Below, in pieces: positions 54,841-64,000 of a stretch of 64,000 bases of DNA (the first letter of the stretch is position 1; the number at the start of each line of letters is the position of its first letter). Origin of the DNA: Eledone cirrhosa (lineage: Eukaryota); NCBI GenBank assembly GCA_964016885.1, contig OZ024745.1, positions 111,414,001-111,478,000 of the forward strand. The letters run 5' to 3'. Below the pieces are notes generated by a model. It ran no database searches. It saw nothing but the letters and a program-made list of their open reading frames with translations, and was not told the origin of the DNA. The position numbers and the translations under genes were made by a program.

Positions 54841-56431
54841 TAATGTATCTAGGGTCTAACATAATGTTATCTGATGTAATGTATTTAATGTGTCCTTCTC
54901 GATATTTAGGTGATAGAAAAAGATTTGAAAGCAATTTGGTTGCTATTTCTAACAGTTCAAGTTACCTGAATAAGGGCACTCTTATGCAGTATAAAAAAAA
55001 AGTATAATACTGTACTGGCAGAAGAATAACTATCTAATGTTTTGGACATAAGTCTTAATTGAGGAATAAAGAATCTTGCTTTGAAATGTAGAATATTTCT
55101 TCTTTAAGACATACACCAACATACCTCATTTTTGTCTTTTAAGTTAACTGACTTTACACTGATATAGACCTGTAACAATCAATCACCTATTTCTCATTTA
55201 TTACAGTTGATACTTCAATAGCAATTTAGTTTTGAAAGGTTTCATTTCATTTAAGTATTTGGCCATTAATGAAGTATATGAGAATTCATAGTGAGTCAGA
55301 AATGAAGTCAACACCTTTCACTACAAGAAATCCCAGTGATTGCCAGCTCAGCAAATTTTATTCCTACATTCCATTAACTGGCTATCTCACACATAATAAT
55401 AGTTTTCAGCTATCAAAATGAAGTATAATTTGCACCTCAACTGCAACCATAACTCTTACTTGGTTTTCACAGAACCCTCTTGCTTTTGCATTATTTCTCT
55501 AATCTGCAAGTATGAGCAAATGAAGCAGCTTCTAAATGGTCACTCAAACTGCTAGAAATTGCAGTAAGATATCCCTTAAACTACATCCTATCTTATTAAA
55601 ACAAGCATAATCTAATACATAGATAATGTGGTTCTATTTCTGAAAAAAAAAAAAGATGGTATGCCCATATTTAGGAATGCATCTGATCATAGGTCGACTT
55701 GATTAAAACTAACCTAGGGTTGAACAACCACAACAATATTTCAGTTGAACACAATAAACAGTATATAAAATTAATGTAAGGATTCACAGTACATTCAAAG
55801 TATTTTATACAATAATTACAATGTAATACATATTTTCATGGGAAAAGGTGCAAATTATACATGTATATACACAATATATTTCCAAATTACAGCCATCAGT
55901 AGTGAATGGAGAGGGTCATTAAAAAAAGTACCCTATTTCTTTGTGGCTGTTGCAGCTATCACCATACTTTTGCCATAAAATACACCATGTGTAAAAACAA
56001 TTCTCTTCTAAACTACATTGATTATATTTTACTTACTTCAATAATTTGCTTCTCTTTATGCTTCAGAAATGTTCAACAATTTCTCTGTAAAATAGAATAT
56101 TTGAAAAAAAAAATTAATGAAGAAACCAAGATGGTTTACAAACACTCAACCACCCATCCATCAATGTATATATGTGTTCATGTGTGTGTGTCATGCTGGT
56201 AGGTACCATAAGGTATACTGGTATCAGAATGAAAAAGCTCTTCAGCCACCCTGTAAGGTGGTTGTACTGGTACCATGACAAAAAAAGCACCTCATCCAGA
56301 CTGTAAACTATAAATTATTTGTGTTATATACAGGACAATAACATTGACCACTACACCAAGATGATCTGACAGCATTTCAGTATCGATAGACAAGGAGAGC
56401 CCCAACCCACACCCCAGTCTAATATATATAT

Positions 56432-56471
<40 letters not shown>

Positions 56472-56530
56472 ATATATATATATATATATACATGTATATA
56501 TATATATACATGTATATATAATTATACATG

Positions 56531-56586
<56 letters not shown>

Positions 56587-56594
56587 TGTATATA

Positions 56595-56647
<53 letters not shown>

Positions 56648-56682
56648 ATATATATATATATATATACATGTATATATATATG

Positions 56683-56714
<32 letters not shown>

Positions 56715-56730
56715 TGTATATATATATATG

Positions 56731-56762
<32 letters not shown>

Positions 56763-56780
56763 TACATGTATATATATATG

Positions 56781-56814
<34 letters not shown>

Positions 56815-56841
56815 TACATGTATATATATGTGTATATATAT

Positions 56842-57140
56842 GGAGGCACATGGCTTAGTGGTTAAAGCATTGGCCTTGCAATCAAAAGATTGTGAGTTCA
56901 ATTCTCAACCAGGTGATGTGTTGTTTCCTTGAGCAAGACACTTTATTTCACATTGCTCCAGTTTACTCAGCTGTAGAAATGAGATGATAGGGACTGAGGT
57001 CCATATCATTCCACTGCAAAGTGGTCATGGAGGTGCCACGGCAAAAAAGCACCCAGCACTCACTGTAAATGAGGTTGGTGTTAGGAAAGGCATCCAGCTG
57101 TAGAAATCAAGCCAGAATCAGTTCCCGTCCCACCCTTGCA
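56842..57140 (+). mobile_element. SINE family B, 3' tail cut at the PLE fragment junction
   Basis: Sequence stops at CACCCTTGCA and is fused to the PLE inverted segment. Confidence 0.9.
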
Positions 57141-57629
57141 TCAGGATAGTGGTTTGTTTATTTTAGTAAGTCGTTGTGTTAAGGAGAAGTAATATCTCTC
57201 TGTTGTTTTCCTCTGTTTTCCTCTGTTTTCTTTTTTTCTTTTTTCTTTCTTCTTTTTCTTTATTTATCTCTCCCTTTCTTTTCTCCACGTTTCTCTCTCT
57301 CTCCGTCTTTTTACTTCTCCTTAACACAACGACTTACTAAAATAAACAAACCACTATCCTGATGTCTTCCAAAAGTAACGGTTGCATTTTGAAAGGGTAC
57401 GTCAATGTTTATTTATAAAACTGGTATATATTGTATTTTGTCTGATGAAGGCATACCATAATTTAACTTGGTATCCTTGAAATATGTATAATGAAATAAA
57501 TATGGTTTTATAAATATAGTTTCCATTTGTTAATATCGTATATCTACTCGAAATACTTGTCAAGTGCTTTATATCAGTTATAAAAATATTTGCTTGTTGT
57601 ATCCCAACAATTTAAATAGAACTTTGCAT
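57139..57629 (+). mobile_element. Solo 3' end of a Naiad-type PLE with a 54-bp fold-back
   Basis: Inverted repeat 57139-57192 / 57311-57364; 57430-57629 is homologous to 63380-63482 and to the reverse complement of 60163-60330; ends TTTGCA(TA)n. Confidence 0.8.
57434..57498 (+). ncRNA. Minimal type I hammerhead ribozyme (PLE-associated)
   Basis: TATTTTGT-CTGATGA-AGG-C-ATACCA..TGGTAT-C-CTT-GAAA-TATGTA-TA-ATGAAATA. Confidence 0.85.
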
Positions 57630-57640
57630 ATATATATATG

Positions 57641-57698
<58 letters not shown>

Positions 57699-57713
57699 TA
57701 TATATATATATAT

Positions 57714-57760
<47 letters not shown>

Positions 57761-57810
57761 TATATATATATACACACATATATATATATATATACACACA
57801 TATATATATA

Positions 57811-58150
57811 TCATCATCATCATTTCATTTTACGTCCACTTCTCCCTGCTTGCAAGGGTGGGACGGGAACTGATTCTGGCTTGATTTCTACAGCTGGATG
57901 CCCTTCCTAACACCAACCTCATTTACAGTGAGTGCTGGGTGCTTTTTTGCCGTGGCACCTCCACGACCACTTTGCAGTGGAATGATAGGGACCCCAGTCC
58001 CTATCATCTCATTTCTACAGCTGAGTAAACTGGAGCAATGTGAAATAAAGTGTCTTGCTCAAGGAAACAACACATCACCCGGTCTGAGAATTGAACTCAC
58101 AACCTTTCGATTGCAAGCCCAATGCTCTAACCACTAAGCCATGTGCCTCC
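57811..58150 (-). mobile_element. SINE family B, full length
   Basis: Near identical to 13868-14208; embedded in (TA)n/(CA) array. Confidence 0.92.
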
Positions 58151-58830
<680 letters not shown>

Positions 58831-59140
58831 GTGAGGAGAGAGAGAGAGAAAGTTTACATATATTGTCAAAGCCTTCAATAAACATGCTTATACAGAAAGA
58901 GGCCGTTGTGTCTAATGATTGGTCAAACCAGATTCAAATGGAAAGATAATTGTTCTTGCGGTTGATTTCACATTTTTAATGACAAAGGTTGTTTAAGCAG
59001 CAACAATATAATAGTGTGGAAAACTAGGGAAGATTACATGTGAGAGAGAGAGAGAGAGAGAGAGAGTGGCAGGGAGAGAAGGGAGATATATATATATATA
59101 TATATATAAAGAGAGAGAGAGAGAGAGAGAGAAGGGAGAT

Positions 59141-59205
<65 letters not shown>

Positions 59206-59218
59206 CAGGGAGAGAAGG

Positions 59219-59286
<68 letters not shown>

Positions 59287-59371
59287 ATAGGACAGAAAGA
59301 ACGAGAGGTTGGTGCCGAAGAAGAAAACCATTTTCTTTAATATTTCTGCATTAGTCTAACTGTTAGATATT

Positions 59372-59797
59372 GGTTTGTGTATGTGTGTTTGTGTGTGTGT
59401 GTGTGTTTGTATATGTGTGTGTATACGTGTATAAATGTGCGTGCATATATGTGTGTGTGTGTTTCTGTGAGTGTGCACGTGTGTGTGTGTGCATGTGTAT
59501 ACAAGTATAAATGTGTGTGCGTTTGTGTTGTGTGCATGTGTATATGTGTATAAATGTGTGTGTTTGTGTGTGGTTTGTGTGAGTTGTGTGAGTGTGTGGT
59601 GTGTGCACATATGTGTGTGTGCATGTGTATACATGTATAAATGTGTGTTTGTGTGAGTGTGTGTGTGTGCACGTATGTGTGTGTGCATGTGTATACATGT
59701 ATAAATGTGTGTGCATATATGTGTGTTTGTGTGAGTGCGTATGTATGTATATGTGTGTGTGTGTGTGTGTGTGTTTGTGAGTGTGGGTATGCATGTA

Positions 59798-59852
<55 letters not shown>

Positions 59853-60100
59853 ATATGTGACTGTGTGCATGCACAAATGTATTTGTGTATATGTGTGTGC
59901 ATATATGTCTGAGAGTGTGTGTGTGTGTATGTGCATGCATGCAATTGTGTATACATGTATTTGTATATATGGCCATGTGTTTGTGTGTGTCTGCGTGATT
60001 ATGTTTATGAGTGTGTGTTTGCATATGTGTGTGTGTGAGTCTGTTTATGAGTGAGTGTGTGCATATGTGTGTGACTATATGAGTGAGGGACTGTGTGTGA
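59372..60100. repeat. Degenerate (GT)n/(TA)n array
   Basis: Direct reading. Confidence 0.9.
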
Positions 60101-60122
60101 GAGATAGAGAGGGGGGAGACAA

Positions 60123-60165
<43 letters not shown>

Positions 60166-60354
60166 AAAGGGATATTCAATTTGTTGGTAATTCAACAAAT
60201 ATAAATGTTTATAACTGATTCATAGCACTCAACAAGTTTTCTGGAGTATAATATACAATATTAAATAAATGGAAACTATATTTATAAAACCATATTTATT
60301 CTATTAAATATATTTCAAGGGTACCAAAACGCAATCTAGAAAAAAACAAAGAGA

Positions 60355-62248
60355 ATCCTGGTAAAATCTGACAAAACAAATAATTTATATGGTATGGAAA
60401 AGGACGAATATAATAACCTTATATTGAAAGAACTCAGGAAAAACTACAAAATAACATCAAATGAAAATCTTTCAATGTTAAATAGGGAAGCTTTGGAAAT
60501 TATCTATAAATTAGGCATCCAAAATAGGACAGAACCCTTTATACCCAGAAAACCGAAGATTAACCTGAAGGACCACAAAAGAAATTTTGAAATTGAACTA
60601 CTAGTCAGGCTCATCACTCCATCTAAATCAGACTTAGGCATAATTAGCAAGCATATACTAGATAGAATTATGCCACTACTTAAAAAAAAATCACACCTTA
60701 AACTATGGAACGGTACTAATGAAGTTATAGATTGGTTTAATAACATAAAATTAAAACATAACAAAAAATTCATTCAAATGGATATTGCAAATTACTACTC
60801 CTCTATTACCCCTAGTTTACTTAATAAGGCACTTATCTATGCTTCTAAACATACAGACCTATCTCGTGAAGAAATGAATATAATTCTAATATCATGTAAA
60901 ACCCTAATAGAATTTAATAATCATCTCTGGACAAGACCAAACAGAAAAAACAATTTTGATATCACTATGGGATCATCTGACTCAACGCAAGTAACGGACT
61001 TCGTTGGATTATTTATTAATAATGTACTGCATAGGAAAATGCCAGAGATGACCGGAGGTTTATATCATGACGATATGTTACTTTTAATTGAAAACCATAG
61101 CAATAGTGAAATTAATAGGAAAAGGAAATCCACAATTTTTCAACAACTTAATTTAGAAATCGAGAATAATTACAAAATCGTTAACTTCTTAGATGTAACC
61201 TTAAACCTTAGCACATGTCTTTACTATCCATTCCATAAAATTAATGAAAATTTAAATTACGTAAGTTTCAATTCTAATCATCCTAGAAATATAAAAAACA
61301 TTATTGTCAATAGCATCCAACAACGGATTTCACACATCTCTGCTAATAAAAATATTTTTGATAATAAGGCCGAATATTACAATGAAGCTTTACATAGAGC
61401 AGGATACTCGAATAAAATTAAATACATAGATAACAATAACATGACAAATCATCCTAGAATTAATTATAATAATAATAAACAATTTAACTTAAACACTAAA
61501 CCAAACAAAAAAACTAGAACTAGAAATATTATTTGGTACTCTCCCCCATTCTCATTAAGCGTTAAAACACCTTTAGCAAAACTATTTTTTAAAGCACTAG
61601 ATAAATGTTTTCCTAAAGTCCACAGATACCACTCTATTTTTTTAACAGACACACTATAAAACCATCCTACTCTACTACTATGAACATAGCACAAAATATA
61701 AATAGAATTAATAATAGAAACTTAAATTTAAACTCTAACCAAACTAACCAAGATAGCAATAATAATATTTCTAACAACAATATTCAGAATAATATTACCG
61801 TTCCGAACAACTCCAGAAAATGTAACTGTAGAATTAAATCAAACTGCCCTTTACAAAATAATTGCTTAGACAAAAACGTAATTTATAAATGCACAGTTAA
61901 AACTAGGGACAAAGTATTTAACTATATTGGTGCCACTTCTACAAAATTCAAAGAACGCTGGTATAACAATAAACACACATTTAATAGATACAATAAAAAA
62001 TCTTCCACTTCACTTTCACATTAATTTGGAACTTAAAAGACAACAATATAGACTATTCAATATCTTGGGGAACGATTTCGAAAGCACCTGCATACCGAAA
62101 TATGGCTTTCTCAAGATTCTGTAACTTGTGTATCGAAGAAATTTTTTATATAATTAACTGTCAAAACTCTATTAATCTTCAAACAGAATTATTATCTACT
62201 TGCAAACATCGCCAAAATTCCACTTTCAGATGTATTTTTAATTTATGA
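60355..62248 (+). pseudogene. PLE reverse transcriptase + C-terminal GIY-YIG endonuclease, disrupted by frameshifts near 61640 and 62022
   Basis: VKSDKTNNLY, FIQMDIANYYSSI, FDITMGSSD, GLYHDDML, VNFLDVTL, SNHP, RNIIWYSPPFS, CNC..CPL..C, NVIYKC..YIGAT..FKERW, CNLCIEE..ELLSTCKHR. Confidence 0.92.
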
Positions 62249-63383
62249 TATTCATTACACTTGACTATATCTTATACACCTTCAAAATGATCCTATTTTC
62301 TTTAAAAATTTAAATTAAAAATTTTTTAAATGATCTTCCTTCTTAATTTTTAATATTTCTACTATTTTTACCTTTTGACATTAATTTTTTAATTTTTTAA
62401 TATATTTTTTTACTATTTTTACCTTTTGACATTATTTTCCTAATGATACCCCTCTAAATATATTTTTTTTAGATGTAGATTGATAATCTTTAATTGAGAT
62501 TCTGAAAGTTTATCCTCTTTACAGTAGTTCTTCGAAATACACATTACTTTTTTCCTCTTCTTTTGATCTTCAAACTTTCACACATCTTTTGACTAAAATA
62601 ATATATAATTGAAATTAATCTCACACAAAATAATATATAATTTTCTCTATATATTTTCTGAGTAAATCATTCATCAAATTTAATGGTTAACAAACAAGAT
62701 TGGAGTTATCTTTTCCTGTTTCAATCGTGCAAACATAAAACATTATAATATAATATGTATGATAAACTATATAACTTCGCTAAATTAACAATATTCTGAA
62801 AACATTTTCAATGTTGGAACAACATCTTTGAATCTACAAATTGTTCCCCTCTTACAACTTGAACTACGTGTTTTTGTTATGTAAAATGCAAAATCAACTT
62901 CCTTCGTAACTCATATTAGAAAAATAAACAACTAATAATTGTAAATTATTTCTATTTCTATAATACTTATACATGCACAATTATTAATCTATATAGATAT
63001 TTATATACTTACAACCTGTTGTAATGTAATAAGATAAAATCTACTTACAACCATAATTCTTCATATAATATAATTGATTATATATACAATATTATAACTC
63101 ATAATATAGCTAAATAAATTTAAATTCTGGAATCATATTCCACCATTCCTGCAAATTGTTAATTCCTTTTAACGTTACTCATACATATATCCTAATTATT
63201 TAAATTCTGCATAGCGTCTAAAATAACGTTTTTTCAGCCCTATACCTCAACCTCATTTGCATACTCATCTTAATAATTTGAAATATCTGACTTTTCTTCT
63301 CTTTTCCCTTCACTATCCAAGAAAAACTTGAACCATTAAGGTATCTTTTCTTGGTTATGTCAAAATTTATAAAACAAACTTTG

Positions 63384-63444
63384 TATTTTATCTGATGAAA
63401 GCGTACCAAAGTTTTGGTACCCTTGAAATATATATAATAGAATA
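63384..63444 (+). ncRNA. Minimal type I hammerhead ribozyme (PLE-associated)
   Basis: TATTTTAT-CTGATGA-AAG-C-GTACCAA..TTGGTAC-C-CTT-GAAA-TATATA-TA-ATAGAATA; palindromic stem III. Confidence 0.87.
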
Positions 63445-63484
63445 AATATGGTTTTATAAATATAGTTTCCATTTATTAAATATC

Positions 63485-63614
<130 letters not shown>

Positions 63615-63885
63615 GAAAGAAAGAGAGAGGGGGAGAGAGAGATTTACCATGAGTGTGTATGACTGGATACATATGTGAGAATGTATAGTGTGTGTGTTTA
63701 TTCATGCCCTGATCAAGCATACCTATGATCAAAGATGTTCTGCCTATAACAATTTCATCTTTTATTCAGACACAGTGTAACCAGGACCATCGAGGGAGAT
63801 TTGGCTGCTACTTCAACCAAGTGGAATGAGTATATAGAGACTCCTTCATTAGCTGTGAATGTGTGTGTGACATATAGATATACAT

Positions 63886-64000
63886 TCATCATCATCATCA
63901 TCATTTTACGTCCGCTTTTCCCTGCTTGCAAGGGTGGGACGGGTCTTATTCAGCACACCATCTCTCCACTCGTCACGGTCCTTCGTCATCTCCACCGTGA
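63886..64000 (-). mobile_element. 3' end of an RTE-like LINE continuing beyond the window
   Basis: Minus strand open frame [30 protein letters not shown] then (TGA)n; DRxxWR is a typical RTE C-terminal motif. Confidence 0.7.

Overview
AT-rich, microsatellite-dense eukaryotic DNA with no recognisable intact host protein-coding gene. The SINE families and repeat landscape look like a coleoid cephalopod, most likely Octopus (inferred from recognition, not from a search). Almost all long ORFs in the track are artefacts of (GGT)n, (TA)n, (GA)n or (CAC)n repeats. The real content is mobile DNA. (i) A cluster of Penelope-like retroelements (PLEs) between about 42 and 63.5 kb: a near-complete Naiad-type RT+GIY-YIG copy (60163-63490), a 3' fragment of a related family (42180-44322), a Cys-linker GIY-YIG copy (44361-45802) and a solo 3' end (57139-57629). 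The three larger copies begin with an inverted copy of their own 3' tail and all lie next to (TA)n. (ii) Minimal type-I hammerhead ribozymes readable directly from the sequence. Three intact PLE-tail copies share a covarying 3bp/C-C mismatch/6-7bp stem II and an AUA cleavage site. A separate hammerhead with a compensatory U3-A8 core and a long stem I sits in a 321-bp non-coding direct-repeat unit that looks like a retrozyme (45857-46270). (iii) Decayed R4/Dong, RTE and CR1 LINE fragments, including the 3' end of an RTE-like LINE that shares its tail with the youngest SINE family. (iv) Several tRNA-derived SINE families, one amplified into a 176-bp satellite and one found three times as tail-to-tail inverted pairs. 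(v) piggyBac-, mariner- and hAT-type MITEs. Weak splice-signal evidence suggests a minus-strand host gene with possible microexons.
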